DNA from: an uncultured Chloroflexia bacterium
Lineage (GTDB): Bacteria; Chloroflexota; Anaerolineae; Anaerolineales; UBA4823
DNA: 64,000 bases
Direction: 5' to 3'
Assembly: GCA_963777935.1 (NCBI GenBank)
Contig: CAVZSL010000006.1
Location: 53,522-117,521 of the forward strand
The notes beneath the pieces are model-generated. The model ran no database searches. It was not told where the DNA came from and saw only the letters and a program-made list of their open reading frames with translations. The first letter of the stretch is position 1; the number at the start of each line of letters is the position of its first letter. The position numbers and the translations under genes were made by a program. Below, in pieces: positions 1-10,228 of the stretch.

Positions 1-434
1 TCACCTGGTCCATACCGTAAAGTCAGGTTCTGCAAGGGGCATTCACCGCCCTTGTCACAAACAGGGCAATCCAACGGATGTGAAGTGAGCAGAAATTCGA
101 GGATGTCTTTTCTTCCTTTAGCCGCGTTCTCAGAGTTACCAATGACTACCATTCCTTCTGAGACGGGTGTGGTGCAAGCAGTTTCAAGCTTGGCGCCAAA
201 TTGGATCTTCGGGGTTCCATCCTCCTCCAATACAGGTTGCCCTGTAGCCCGATCTATCACCAGACGTCCTACCTCCACCAGGCATTGGCGGCACATACCC
301 ACCGGCTCCATCTTCGGGTGGTAGCAGAATGTTGGGATGTCAATACCGACCTTCTTGGCTGCGTTTACAATCAAAGTGCCTGGAGGCACAGCTACTTGTT
401 TCCCATCAATCGTCAGACTAACCAGTTTTTCCAT
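1..434 (-). CDS. nuoG: NADH-quinone oxidoreductase subunit G, N-terminal part (runs off window edge)
   Basis: Not in the ORF track. Manual translation from ATG 434: MEKLVSLTIDGKQVAVPPGTLIVNAAKKVGIDIPTFCYHPKMEPVGMCRQCLVEV...LETAC...HPLDCPVCDKGGECPLQN, containing the 2Fe-2S and HxxxCxxCxxxxxC motifs of NuoG; directly follows nuoF. Alternative ATG at 440. Confidence 0.95.
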   Translation of the reverse strand, partial: MEKLVSLTIDGKQVAVPPGTLIVNAAKKVGIDIPTFCYHPKMEPVGMCRQCLVEVGRLVIDRATGQPVLEEDGTPKIQFGAKLETACTTPVSEGMVVIGNSENAAKGRKDILEFLLTSHPLDCPVCDKGGECPLQNLTLRYGPG

Positions 435-456
435 GAGCATCTCGACATTAAAGGTT

Positions 457-1725
457 CTATGAATTAGATTTCACTGTGACAGCATCAAAATCTGCCGGGA
501 AGCGTTCAATGCCTGTCAGCACAGCTTCAATGGAAAACTCTCCCAGAGCACACAGACATTTACCTTTTATTTGATTGGCTACATCCTGTAAGAGTAATAC
601 ATCATTCATCGTTGCATTCCCTTGGCTGATCCTTTCAGTCAGATGCATCATCCAGTAAGTACCTTCACGACAGGGGGTACATTTACCACACGATTCATGG
701 GTAAAGAAGTGGACCGTCTTGTTTAGCAACCAGGGAATACTTACCGAATCGTCAATCACAATGACGGAGGCAGAGCCAAGTTGTGCACCAATCCTAGGGA
801 CATTCTCATAATCCATGGGAGTAGCCAGTGCTTCGTCATTCGCAATGATCATGGAGGAAGATGCTCCCGCCGGCATGATCGCCTTGATCTTGTGTTCTTC
901 CGGGATTCCACGTCCATGATCAAAGATCAGCTCACGAAATGTGGTTCCCAATGGTAGCTCATAATTTCCAGGGCGGTTGACACAACCAGACAGGCTGAAT
1001 ATCTTTGGTCCGGGGCTTTTTTCGGTGCCAATGCTTTTATACCAGTCAGCGCCGCGTGAGATGATCAGTGGCACGTTGGTTAAAGTCTCAACGTTATTTA
1101 CAATAGTTGGTTTTCCATATATTCCGAAGGCGGGAGGGAAAGGTGGACGTAAACGCGGTTGCCCGAGGTTGCCTTCTATCGATTCGAGCAGCGCAGTCTC
1201 CTCCCCACAAATGTATGCCCCAGCACCAAGATGCGTGTGCAGGTGCAGGCTGGTCTTAGTTCCTAATACTTTATCACCCAAAAATCCCGCTGATTCCATC
1301 GCGGCGATACACTGATCCAGCTTGTTAGCTATTTGCCAGAATTCACCACGCAGGTAGATATAAGCATCGTTTGCCATGACAGCGTAGGCACAGATTGCCA
1401 CCCCCTCCAGAAATTGGTAGGGATTGAATTCCATGATCTCACGATCTTTGAAAGTGCCTGGCTCAGATTCATCCGCATTGGCAACCACATAATGAGGCCA
1501 GTTCTGTTCATCAATGAATGACCATTTCAATCCTGTAGGGAATCCCGCCCCTCCACGACCTCGCAAGCCTGAAGCCTTGACTTCATTGGTTACATCGACC
1601 GGGTCCATCTTGGTAACGACTTTTCTCCAGGCATCAAAACCGCCGTTCTGACGGTAGGTTTCTAATTGGTCTAATCCCGGGATATCGCGATGACGAAGAA
1701 GGATGTATTCTGCCATTTCTGTCAT
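457..1725 (-). CDS. nuoF: NADH-quinone oxidoreductase subunit F
   Basis: GLRGRGGAGFPTGLKW, NADESEPGTFKDR, GAGAYICGEETALLES and ESCGKCTPCREG...C motifs. Confidence 0.97.
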   Translation of the reverse strand: MTEMAEYILLRHRDIPGLDQLETYRQNGGFDAWRKVVTKMDPVDVTNEVKASGLRGRGGAGFPTGLKWSFIDEQNWPHYVVANADESEPGTFKDREIMEFNPYQFLEGVAICAYAVMANDAYIYLRGEFWQIANKLDQCIAAMESAGFLGDKVLGTKTSLHLHTHLGAGAYICGEETALLESIEGNLGQPRLRPPFPPAFGIYGKPTIVNNVETLTNVPLIISRGADWYKSIGTEKSPGPKIFSLSGCVNRPGNYELPLGTTFRELIFDHGRGIPEEHKIKAIMPAGASSSMIIANDEALATPMDYENVPRIGAQLGSASVIVIDDSVSIPWLLNKTVHFFTHESCGKCTPCREGTYWMMHLTERISQGNATMNDVLLLQDVANQIKGKCLCALGEFSIEAVLTGIERFPADFDAVTVKSNS

Positions 1726-2222
1726 CCTTGCCTCAGCTTGTTGATCAATTCAAGCGCACTTTCCACAGTCTGGTTTTCGTGATATTCGAGCCCATCCGAG
1801 CTTTGCACCTGGAACATTGGTGCTTTATCACAGCCAGCCAAACACATAACCGCCTCTACTTTAATCATTCCGTCCGGTGTGGTTTCTCCAACTTTTATCC
1901 CCAGATTCTCACATAGATTCTCCAGGAATTCTTCTGCCCCACGCAAGGCACAAGGTAGATCTGTGCAGACTTGAACGCGGTATTTTCCAGATGGTTGGTC
2001 GTAATAAAGAGAGTAAAAACCGATGATAGAGGTGACTTCAGTCTCAGTGATCTCACATATCTCAGCAACCTCGCCAAGAGCTTGCTTGGTAATATAGCCG
2101 TATTCACGTTGAGCAAGATACAGCAGCGGCATCACCCCTGAGCGTTTACCAGCTTTACCCGCGGGGTATTTTGCCAGGATAACCTGGATTTCGTCAGCAT
2201 GTTTTTGTAACAATGCGTTCAC
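1722..2222 (-). CDS. nuoE: NADH-quinone oxidoreductase subunit E
   Basis: CTDLPC...CLAGCDKAP 2Fe-2S motif; lies between nuoD and nuoF with 4-nt overlaps. Confidence 0.96.
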   Translation of the reverse strand: MNALLQKHADEIQVILAKYPAGKAGKRSGVMPLLYLAQREYGYITKQALGEVAEICEITETEVTSIIGFYSLYYDQPSGKYRVQVCTDLPCALRGAEEFLENLCENLGIKVGETTPDGMIKVEAVMCLAGCDKAPMFQVQSSDGLEYHENQTVESALELINKLRQG

Positions 2223-3454
2223 CGGTCACAATCTCCCAAAACAATATCGATGCTGCCGATAATGCCCACCAGGTCTGCGACAAGATGACCTTTGCACATA
2301 AACGGCAATGCTTGCAAATGGACAAATGACGGCGTCCGCATATGTACCCGGAACGGTTTGTTACCGCCATCGCTTTCCACATAAAAACCTAACTCACCCT
2401 TTGGTGATTCGACAGGCAGGTAAACTGCACCTTTCGGGAGTGCAAAACCTTCAGTCCACAACTTAAAGTGGTGAATGACTGCTTCCATGCTGGTGCCTAA
2501 TTCAGCTCGAGGGGGTGGCACGTATTTACGATTATTTGACCTGAACGGGCCATAAGGTAGCTTGTCCAAAGCCTGCTGAATTATCCGTACTGATTGATGC
2601 ATCTCCTCCATCCTTACCAGGTAGCGATCATATACATCCCCGTGTGTGCCTGTTGGGACGACAAAATCATATTGCTCATACCCCGAATAAGGCTGAGCTT
2701 TACGTAGATCGTATGCCACTCCTGAACCTCGTAGCACAGGACCTGTAACTGATAGGTTTATCGCATCCTCTGCAGAGATCTTGCCAATATTGCGGGTTCG
2801 ATCCATGAAGATAGGGTTTTTTGTAAGCAAGGCATGATATTGCTTAAGACGACCGGGGAACATGCGGATAAATCGACGTACAGCAATTTCAAAATCTGAT
2901 GGGATATCACGCCACAAGCCACCCGGACGGAAATATGTGGTCATCATGCGCTGTCCAGAACACATCTCTTTAATATCCAGAATGGACTCACGCTCACGGA
3001 AACCATACAGGAACATCGACATTGCCGCCAGATCCAGGGCATGGGTACCGAGCCATACCAGGTGATTGGAAATGCGTTCCAATTCAACCAAAATGACCCG
3101 TACTGCTTGTGCACGTGGGGGGACATCCAAGTCTGCCAGAAGCTCAATTGCCAGGCAATATGCCAGGTTGTTACCCGTCGTATTCAGGTAATCTGTACGG
3201 TCAGTCATCACCTCTGCCATTTCCCAACGCTTGGATTCCATGTTCTTCTCAATCCCCGTGTGGAGAAAACCAATATCAGGGATGCAATTGATGATGACCT
3301 CGCCATCCAACTCAAGCAGCAAGCGCAGCACACCATGCGTGCTTGGGTGCTGTGGACCCATGTTCAAAAGGACAGTATCTCCATTCAATGCCCGTTCTGA
3401 GACAAGGTGTCGCAATTCTTGATAACTAACTTCCAAAGGTTCCGGCATAGGCAT
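2219..3454 (-). CDS. nuoD: NADH-quinone oxidoreductase subunit D
   Basis: LNMGPQHPSTHGVLRL, ESPKGELG and C-terminal IDIVLGDCDR. Confidence 0.97.
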   Translation of the reverse strand: MPMPEPLEVSYQELRHLVSERALNGDTVLLNMGPQHPSTHGVLRLLLELDGEVIINCIPDIGFLHTGIEKNMESKRWEMAEVMTDRTDYLNTTGNNLAYCLAIELLADLDVPPRAQAVRVILVELERISNHLVWLGTHALDLAAMSMFLYGFRERESILDIKEMCSGQRMMTTYFRPGGLWRDIPSDFEIAVRRFIRMFPGRLKQYHALLTKNPIFMDRTRNIGKISAEDAINLSVTGPVLRGSGVAYDLRKAQPYSGYEQYDFVVPTGTHGDVYDRYLVRMEEMHQSVRIIQQALDKLPYGPFRSNNRKYVPPPRAELGTSMEAVIHHFKLWTEGFALPKGAVYLPVESPKGELGFYVESDGGNKPFRVHMRTPSFVHLQALPFMCKGHLVADLVGIIGSIDIVLGDCDR

Positions 3455-3981
3455 TAGGCCTCTTCGTAGCGGGCATGATGCTTCCGCTGATCAATCTCAT
3501 CGTAATTGAAGGTGAATTGAGGTTCTTCATACCCCAACGGATAATCTTTTCGCAGTGGATGGCCTTCCCAATCATGCGGCATTATTATCCGGCGTAGATC
3601 AGAATGACCCTCAATGCTTATTCCAAACATATCCCAAAGCTCTCGTTCATGCCAGTTGGCACCCCGATAAATTCCTTCCACCGTCTGGAGGGTGGGATGA
3701 TCTCCATTGAGGGGTACTCTGATCGCCAAGCGCACGTTGTTGGAATGCGAATAAAACCCATATATGACATTAAAGCGTGGTTCTTCTTCTGGCCAATAGT
3801 CAACGGCGGTAAGCTCACACAAGAAATTGAACCCAAACTCATCCCGCAGAACCTGGCAAATGTCCACCATCTTACCCGGCTCAGCTTCCAATGTGGGTGG
3901 GTATTTCATAAGCTGCGATTCTTGCAGCCCAAAACGGTCTTTTAATGCTTTGAGAGTTAACTTTAGGTGTTCATCGGACAT
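3454..3981 (-). CDS. nuoC: NADH-quinone oxidoreductase subunit C
   Basis: ANWHERELWDMFGI...GHSDLRRI...GHPLRKDYP signature. Confidence 0.96.
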   Translation of the reverse strand: MSDEHLKLTLKALKDRFGLQESQLMKYPPTLEAEPGKMVDICQVLRDEFGFNFLCELTAVDYWPEEEPRFNVIYGFYSHSNNVRLAIRVPLNGDHPTLQTVEGIYRGANWHERELWDMFGISIEGHSDLRRIIMPHDWEGHPLRKDYPLGYEEPQFTFNYDEIDQRKHHARYEEA

Positions 3982-3993
3982 TTGATAATTCCT

Positions 3994-4476
3994 TCATGCC
4001 CAAGTGGTGATTTTTTCCTGGCGAACTTTATCATATAAGGTCAATATTCCGTGGATGAGCGATTCGGGTCGCGGCGGACAACCCGCCACATATACATCCA
4101 CTGGCACAACTTCATCCACCCCCTGTACAAGAGCATAATTATTGAACACCCCACTGCACGATGCACAGTCACCCATGGAAACCACCCATTTAGGATCGGG
4201 AAGCTGATCGTAAAGCCTGCGTAAGACAGGTGCCATTTTACGTGAGACACGTCCGGCAACGATCATCAGATCAGATTGACGAGGGCTGGCACGCATCAAC
4301 TCCATACCAAAGCGGCTCATATCATAATGTGAAGCCTGGGCGCTCATCATTTCAATGGCGCAGCATGCCAGGCCAAAAAGCATTGGCCACATGGCATTGA
4401 TACGCGCCCAATTGACCGCCTGTTCGAGGCCGACTGTAACTATGCCTAAATTTCCAGCCTTTTGTTCTATTCCCAT
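3994..4476 (-). CDS. nuoB: NADH-quinone oxidoreductase subunit B
   Basis: [25 protein letters not shown]; start placed at ATG 4476 (MGIEQK), overlapping the nuoA stop, rather than track start 4497. Confidence 0.96.
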   Translation of the reverse strand: MGIEQKAGNLGIVTVGLEQAVNWARINAMWPMLFGLACCAIEMMSAQASHYDMSRFGMELMRASPRQSDLMIVAGRVSRKMAPVLRRLYDQLPDPKWVVSMGDCASCSGVFNNYALVQGVDEVVPVDVYVAGCPPRPESLIHGILTLYDKVRQEKITTWA

Positions 4477-4838
4477 TCCAATGCTCCCTTCTTCCACGCA
4501 TACACAAGACCCACTAATAAAATAACAATAAAGATGGCCATTTCCATGAGAGCAAAGACCCCTTCGTTGGCTTTTACGAACTCTTTAAGAATGACTGCCC
4601 AAGGGATAATGAAAATGATTTCAATATCAAATAATATAAAAAGTACGGCTACCAGGTAGAAGCGGACGGGGGCACGGCGAGTACCCGGCCCTATCGGGTT
4701 CATTCCTGATTCATAAGGCATTACTTTACGGGGAGTTTTTCGCCTTGGGCCAAAGAGGTGGCCAATTCCAACGATCAGGAACCCAAAAGCGATGGCCAGT
4801 ATTACAATGACAGCGATTGGAATATATGGAGCCAGCAT
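4467..4838 (-). CDS. nuoA: NADH-quinone oxidoreductase subunit A
   Basis: [19 protein letters not shown] and WKKGALEWE motifs; 3 TM segments. Confidence 0.97.
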   Translation of the reverse strand: MLAPYIPIAVIVILAIAFGFLIVGIGHLFGPRRKTPRKVMPYESGMNPIGPGTRRAPVRFYLVAVLFILFDIEIIFIIPWAVILKEFVKANEGVFALMEMAIFIVILLVGLVYAWKKGALEWE

Positions 4839-4977
4839 AACACCTCAGCAGTCAATCTTTAAAAATATACTTGAGATTCAGGTCGTCCCAGCGTCTCATT
4901 TTCTTAATATAGGGAGCATACCCTATTCATTATAGGCAGAATAAACCATCCTGACAAGGTTACATGCCGCCATACAA

Positions 4978-5029
4978 GCGTGAAGTTTATCATAGGCCTT
5001 TCAGCGTGTCAATTTTCACAAGTATCATA
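4978..5029 (-). promoter_or_regulatory. Candidate -10 box (TATGAT, 5024-5029) followed by two Rex-like operators upstream of nuoA
   Basis: Minus strand TTGTGAA-AATT-GACACGC (5021..5004) and plus strand GCGTGAA-GTTT-ATCATAG (4978..4995), compared with the Rex consensus TTGTGAAnnnnTTCACAA; fits NADH sensing of a complex I operon. Confidence 0.55.
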
Positions 5030-5140
5030 CCCATCTGCCAGCCTCCAAACAAAAAAACGCATGGCGATGTTTTCATATCAATTATCTATTACAGCTTGAT
5101 TTGACTGATCTGATAAAACCCAGCAGAAAATATTGTTTTC

Positions 5141-6754
5141 TTATATTAGAAAATCACGTAAATGCCGGCTGCGGGTGGGATGGCGCAGCTTACGCAATGC
5201 TTTAGCCTCTATTTGACGGATGCGCTCTCTTGTCACGTTGAAAGCCTGGCCAACTTCCTCAAGGGTATGATCCTTTCCATCTAACAATCCGAAGCGCATT
5301 TCCAATACTTCCCGTTCCCGTTCTGAAAGGACTGCCAGTGTATTTTTTACCTGCTCACGCAGCATTTCACGGGCAGCTGCATCCATGGGCTCCTGGGCGT
5401 CTTCATCTTCGATGAAATCACCCAGCATGCTATTATCCTCGCTGCCAACCGGACTCTCCAAAGAAACAGGCTCTTCTGCAGCCCGTAACACCTGCCCAAC
5501 TTTTGAAGCTGCGTGAATCCATCGTACGCGCACATCTGTAGGCAAAAGGTTGGGATTTCCCTTGGCAAGAAGGATCATCTGTTTATCTTTGGGATCCACA
5601 AAGTCTGCTTCAAGCGCCAATTCCTCAGGCGTGGGTAATCGGCCTAAGGTTTGAGTGAGCTGGCGTTGAGCCTGCATTAAACGGTTGAAAGATTCAAAGA
5701 TGTGCACGGGTATGCGGATGGTCCGTGCCTGATCTGCGATCGAGCGGCTGATGGATTGCCGGATCCACCATGTGGCATAGGTGCTAAATTTATAACCGCG
5801 TGAGGGATCAAACTTCGAGACCGCACGCAACAGGCCTAGATTTCCTTCCTGGATGAGGTCGAGGAAGGAGCTTCCACGGCCGAGATAATGTTTAGCTACG
5901 CTGACCACCAATCGTAAATTGGAGCGGATCAGGATTTGTCTCGATTCGTGTGCCCGGAATTCTGAATTCTCTAACTCAGAGAGTAATATTTCTTCACCTG
6001 GAAGATGAGTGGCGAATGTATCATGAGATGGCATCCTGTTCTTTGTCAGGAAAAATTTTTCAATTACTTCGCTCAATTGTTCTGGAAAAAGATATAAACA
6101 GATGAATACCGTTATTCCGTTTACTGCAACCTGATCCCAAAGATGATCAATCCCCCATCGCCCGTTGTCGAGATATTTTCGCATATAGGAGGGGTTTTCA
6201 ATGGTCCAGATTAGTCGTAACCTGCGGGCTTCAGCGTTGATCAGTGAAAGATCCGGACAATCAAAACCCAGACGAAGGGTATCTTCAGCCAATCGTTTCC
6301 AACCAATCACCAACTCATCATACAAGGCGCGATAAATACTGTGAGAATATTGCCGTCCGCGCCTGGCAATTGGGTGAACCCGATTAAGCACATCAACCCG
6401 ACGGGCAGCTTCAATACGAGTTGCCAACCAAAATTCATGATCGGGGCTTAATAACTCGATTTCACCAATTTCTCTCAAATACAGTCGAACCGGGTCCTCA
6501 CCCAGCTCAGTATCCGAAGTTGATTTAAAAAGTCCAAGAGATTCCTCGTCGGGTAGATCGGCAATCTCCTCCACTTCTTTAGCCAGAAGCTCCTCGTCGG
6601 GTTCATCGATGACTACATCTGCGTCCATCTCCGACAATAAGTCATCAACATCGTCCAATCCCTGTGAAGAAAGGTGATCGTCCTTTTGATCGTTGTTTCC
6701 CTCTCCAGATGGGATTTCTTCTTGGTTAGAATCATGCTTGATTTTTCGAGCCAT
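5141..6754 (-). CDS. rpoD: RpoD/SigA-type sigma-70 factor with long non-conserved insertion
   Basis: Acidic N-terminus, [11 protein letters not shown] (region 1.2), [10 protein letters not shown] / [10 protein letters not shown] / [11 protein letters not shown] (region 2), [30 protein letters not shown] (region 4); downstream of dnaG. May be a paralog rather than the primary sigma. Confidence 0.85.
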   Translation of the reverse strand: MARKIKHDSNQEEIPSGEGNNDQKDDHLSSQGLDDVDDLLSEMDADVVIDEPDEELLAKEVEEIADLPDEESLGLFKSTSDTELGEDPVRLYLREIGEIELLSPDHEFWLATRIEAARRVDVLNRVHPIARRGRQYSHSIYRALYDELVIGWKRLAEDTLRLGFDCPDLSLINAEARRLRLIWTIENPSYMRKYLDNGRWGIDHLWDQVAVNGITVFICLYLFPEQLSEVIEKFFLTKNRMPSHDTFATHLPGEEILLSELENSEFRAHESRQILIRSNLRLVVSVAKHYLGRGSSFLDLIQEGNLGLLRAVSKFDPSRGYKFSTYATWWIRQSISRSIADQARTIRIPVHIFESFNRLMQAQRQLTQTLGRLPTPEELALEADFVDPKDKQMILLAKGNPNLLPTDVRVRWIHAASKVGQVLRAAEEPVSLESPVGSEDNSMLGDFIEDEDAQEPMDAAAREMLREQVKNTLAVLSEREREVLEMRFGLLDGKDHTLEEVGQAFNVTRERIRQIEAKALRKLRHPTRSRHLRDFLI

Positions 6755-6861
6755 ACTTCAATTATCCACGAAATTTACTGTTTTGGCGAATCTTGAGAGA
6801 AATTACCCACAAATAAATCCCTGATCGCATTCAATATCACAAAAATAATCGCTTTTATGCA

Positions 6862-7470
6862 TCAATTTCCAGGCGGTCTCCACATGAACCAGGCAGGAAG
6901 CCCAAGAATCTCTTTTTCAGAGATCACCTGGAAACCAAAGCGCTGGTAGAAAGCGACGTTGCGTGGATCGGCATTTTCCAGGTAACATCCAACACGTTCT
7001 TCATCCGCCTTATTAATGAGGTGTTGTAATATGATAGAACCTAATCCCTTCCCCTGCTGCTCAGGTTCGACACCCAGATATTCAAGATAGTAGTGTGGCT
7101 CATCAGGGTGTACTTTTTCTATCTCATCCAGCCATCGCATATTAACCCTAATATCATAAATTCCATTTCCAAGGATGGATTTAATCAGCAACATCCATTG
7201 GTCACCGACGGGTAATGGATAGGCACCAGGTGGATAGATCACGGCTGAAGCAACCACTTTACCATCCTCACTCACCTGGAGTGGATATCCTTTCCGGATA
7301 CATAATTCTACTTCTGCTGTAAAGTCAACTGTTAATGCCCGAAGCCGTCTGTCTACCGAGAAATTCTTATATACCACCACAGACACAGGTTCATCCACGA
7401 ATGCACGCCCGAGTACCCCTGCTGCTTGCTGGTAGGATTGACGTGTTGTGGGTAGTACTTCTTTTTGCAT
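6862..7470 (-). CDS. GNAT family N-acetyltransferase
   Basis: YLEYLGVEPEQQGKGLGS acetyl-CoA motif A; NVAFYQRFGF motif B. Confidence 0.9.
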   Translation of the reverse strand: MQKEVLPTTRQSYQQAAGVLGRAFVDEPVSVVVYKNFSVDRRLRALTVDFTAEVELCIRKGYPLQVSEDGKVVASAVIYPPGAYPLPVGDQWMLLIKSILGNGIYDIRVNMRWLDEIEKVHPDEPHYYLEYLGVEPEQQGKGLGSIILQHLINKADEERVGCYLENADPRNVAFYQRFGFQVISEKEILGLPAWFMWRPPGN

Positions 7471-7512
7471 GATCCTCCTGGCATTTACCCTACCAGGTAA
7501 TTATATACGGTG

Positions 7513-9426
7513 TTATTTCCAAACCGCTGCTCGGTTGATAAATTTTTCTCGGGCTTGATCGAGATTGCGAAGTGTTCTTGTACACCTGGTAATACCGTCT
7601 TCATATTCCCTGGTGCGTAAGTCACCTGCCTGTGCAGCTTCGTCCATTTGAAAACGTAATTGGTTGATTACCTCAGTCACCTGGCGCTTGCGTATCTCCA
7701 GCAGAGCCCGCATCACATCTTCAAGTACACGATCTTCTTTGGGATCCAATTTTTCAGTTCGCTCCAGTAAATTGTCTACGATTTCCATCAATGCCAAAGA
7801 CAACCCATTTAAAACAAAGTGCATGGGTTCCGATTGGTCCTGTGCCAGAGATTCCTGGATCAACTCAAAAATGGCTTGATACTCAGCCCTTTCGAAGTCC
7901 TGGCGTGAAAGGTGAGATAAATGAGCTTCGTGAAGGGCGCGGTCAACGTGAAATACCATCTCCGGGCGTCGAACCAGGATCCCAAGGATGTGAGCTTCCA
8001 ATAGTGCACTCCCCGCCAGGATGGGAATTTCCGGCTTTTGTTCACCTGCTCCTGATTGGGTTGACCTTGGTCGCTTTCGCCTCGTGCTGCTGGGTGACTC
8101 ACCTCCTGCCAGCAACCGCTCGTCCACCTTTATCAGGCGCGCCAACCTTTGCCTGTAGGCGTCACGTTCGATGGCGTCAGGGACCTCATTGATCAATGGA
8201 AGTACCTGATTTGCAATCTCAGACCTGGTCTTGGGATCATCTACGTTCCGCCCAGTGGCAAGCGTTTCCATAACATGGATGACCACTGGTTTCGCATTAG
8301 CCAATATATTCTGCCACGCAGCAGGATCGACTTTAACCACATCGTCCGGGTCCATCCCGGGTGGTAATGTGGTGACACGGATATCAGCCTGTAATCGCGA
8401 TTCGTACGCTAACAATCCACGTGCATCAAATACCGGCTCCGACTCTCGGTCCATGGTTTGACGGGCAATCTGTAGGCCACGTAGTGTAGCTTTATCACCT
8501 GCTGCGTCGGGGTCTAGTGCCAGGATGAGCCGCTGGGTTAGACGCTTGAGCAAACGCAGCTGGTGCTCAGTCAGCGCAGTGCCCATCGGTGAAACGGTAT
8601 TCGTGAAACCTGCTTGATGAAGGGCAATCACATCCAGATAACCCTCCACGATAACCGCCTGATCCAGGGCGCGTATAGGGGTACGGGCGTGTTCCAATCC
8701 ATACAATAATGCACTTTTGTCAAATACAGCCGTTTGAGGAGAATTCAGGAATTTTGGGATGTCGTCAGGATTTAAAACCCGTCCACCGAAGCCTGCCATG
8801 CGGCCCCGTGCATCCCGGATTGGAAAAATGATGCGATGGCGGAACTTATCATAAATACTGCCGTCCTCACGTTCTGATACCAATCCCGCCTCTTTAATAT
8901 TGACCTCTGAGCGCCCTTTACTTTTTAAGTAACGGATGATCGCATCATGAGCATTAGGAGCGTAGCCTATTCTAAAGGTTTCAATGATCTCATTGCTCAA
9001 ACCGCGCCCTTTAAGATAGGTAAGTGCTTTCTGGCCTTCGGGAGTGTTGAGCAATTGGTGGTGGTAATAGACGGTAGCTTCTTCGAGGAGTGATCGTATC
9101 TGAGCGTGCTCTTCTTCAGCCACCAGCTCTTCGGGAGTTGGCGGTTTCAGCTGAACACCTGCCTTCTCCGCCAGGTATTTCAATGTTTCCTGAAAATCCC
9201 AGCTTTGCTTCTTCATCGTGAAGCTGAAGATATCTCCACCTTCACCACACTGTCCAAAACAACGCCAGGTACCAGTGGCTGGAAAAACCACAAAGGATGG
9301 CGTGCGCGTATTTGGATGGAAAGGGCAGAATCCGATGAAATTCTTCCCTGTCCGGCGCAGTTGTACTGACTCTGAGACCAGGTCTACAATATCAATACGG
9401 GATTTTATTTCGTCAATCGATGACAT
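7513..9426 (-). CDS. dnaG: DNA primase
   Basis: CPFH...WRCFGQC zinc finger, PKFLNSPQT, VEGYLDVI and DPDAAG/DPDD TOPRIM motifs. Confidence 0.97.
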   Translation of the reverse strand: MSSIDEIKSRIDIVDLVSESVQLRRTGKNFIGFCPFHPNTRTPSFVVFPATGTWRCFGQCGEGGDIFSFTMKKQSWDFQETLKYLAEKAGVQLKPPTPEELVAEEEHAQIRSLLEEATVYYHHQLLNTPEGQKALTYLKGRGLSNEIIETFRIGYAPNAHDAIIRYLKSKGRSEVNIKEAGLVSEREDGSIYDKFRHRIIFPIRDARGRMAGFGGRVLNPDDIPKFLNSPQTAVFDKSALLYGLEHARTPIRALDQAVIVEGYLDVIALHQAGFTNTVSPMGTALTEHQLRLLKRLTQRLILALDPDAAGDKATLRGLQIARQTMDRESEPVFDARGLLAYESRLQADIRVTTLPPGMDPDDVVKVDPAAWQNILANAKPVVIHVMETLATGRNVDDPKTRSEIANQVLPLINEVPDAIERDAYRQRLARLIKVDERLLAGGESPSSTRRKRPRSTQSGAGEQKPEIPILAGSALLEAHILGILVRRPEMVFHVDRALHEAHLSHLSRQDFERAEYQAIFELIQESLAQDQSEPMHFVLNGLSLALMEIVDNLLERTEKLDPKEDRVLEDVMRALLEIRKRQVTEVINQLRFQMDEAAQAGDLRTREYEDGITRCTRTLRNLDQAREKFINRAAVWK

Positions 9427-9552
9427 GCCCTACCCAATACGGATCAAAGGTTCGAACTATCTCAATAAATTATACCAGCCCGTAAATAAGCCTATCCTTT
9501 GAGCTAATCATTCTGGCAAATAACATCGGTTATCTCAACAGTAACTTTTCCC

Positions 9553-9609
9553 TTGACAGAACATATTATTTGCGTATAATTAATTCGATAAACGTCTATT
9601 TAATTAGAT
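9553..9609 (+). promoter_or_regulatory. Consensus sigma-70 promoter with adjacent candidate ArsR operator repeats
   Basis: TTGACA (9553-9558), 16-nt spacer, TATAAT (9575-9580); then TAATTCGAT (9581-9589) and TAATTAGAT (9601-9609), 20 bp apart. Confidence 0.7.
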
Positions 9610-9628
9610 GTTATCAGGAATAGCTAAA

Positions 9629-10216
9629 ATGACAAACCAGATCCAACCAAATGATGAACAGCTGCTTACCTTCTTTAAGGCTTTAGCGGATGCCAACCGC
9701 TTGAAGATCGTTGGTCTGCTCTCCCAGCGTGAATACTCGGGGGAACAACTGGCCGCTCTGCTGAACCTACGACCGCCTACTATCTCCCATCACCTGAAGT
9801 TATTGTCAGAAGCAGGCCTGGTCAGCGCACGGGCTGAGAGCTATTACAATCTGTACCAGCTCGAACCAGGTGTTCTGGAGCAAATTGCCCGAGCCCTCGG
9901 CGAACAAGACAAACTACCCAGAATGGCAGCAGCAGTCGACCTGGAAGCATATGACCGGAAAGTCTTGTGGGACATCCTGCTGCCGGATGGCAGGTTGAAG
10001 GTCATACCAACCCAAAGGAAAAAACGCGAAGTCATACTCAAGCACATCCTCAAGGAATTTCAACCCGGGGTTCATTACACTGAGAAGCAAGTCAATGAAG
10101 TACTTTCTCGCTTCCATGAGGACACTGCCACACTACGCCGTGAGATGATTTCATATAAGTTTATGAAACGTGCCGAAGGAGAATATTGGAGAATTGATGG
10201 CGAAAAGCCATCCTAA
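9629..10216 (+). CDS. ArsR/SmtB-family HTH regulator with C-terminal DUF2087-like domain
   Basis: FFKALADANRLKIVGLL...PPTISHHLKLLSEAGLV wHTH; IPTQRKKR...YTEKQVNEVL...DTATLRREM C-terminal domain; start 9629 (track 9608). Confidence 0.85.
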   Translation: MTNQIQPNDEQLLTFFKALADANRLKIVGLLSQREYSGEQLAALLNLRPPTISHHLKLLSEAGLVSARAESYYNLYQLEPGVLEQIARALGEQDKLPRMAAAVDLEAYDRKVLWDILLPDGRLKVIPTQRKKREVILKHILKEFQPGVHYTEKQVNEVLSRFHEDTATLRREMISYKFMKRAEGEYWRIDGEKPS

Positions 10217-10228
10217 AGGAAAATAAAG

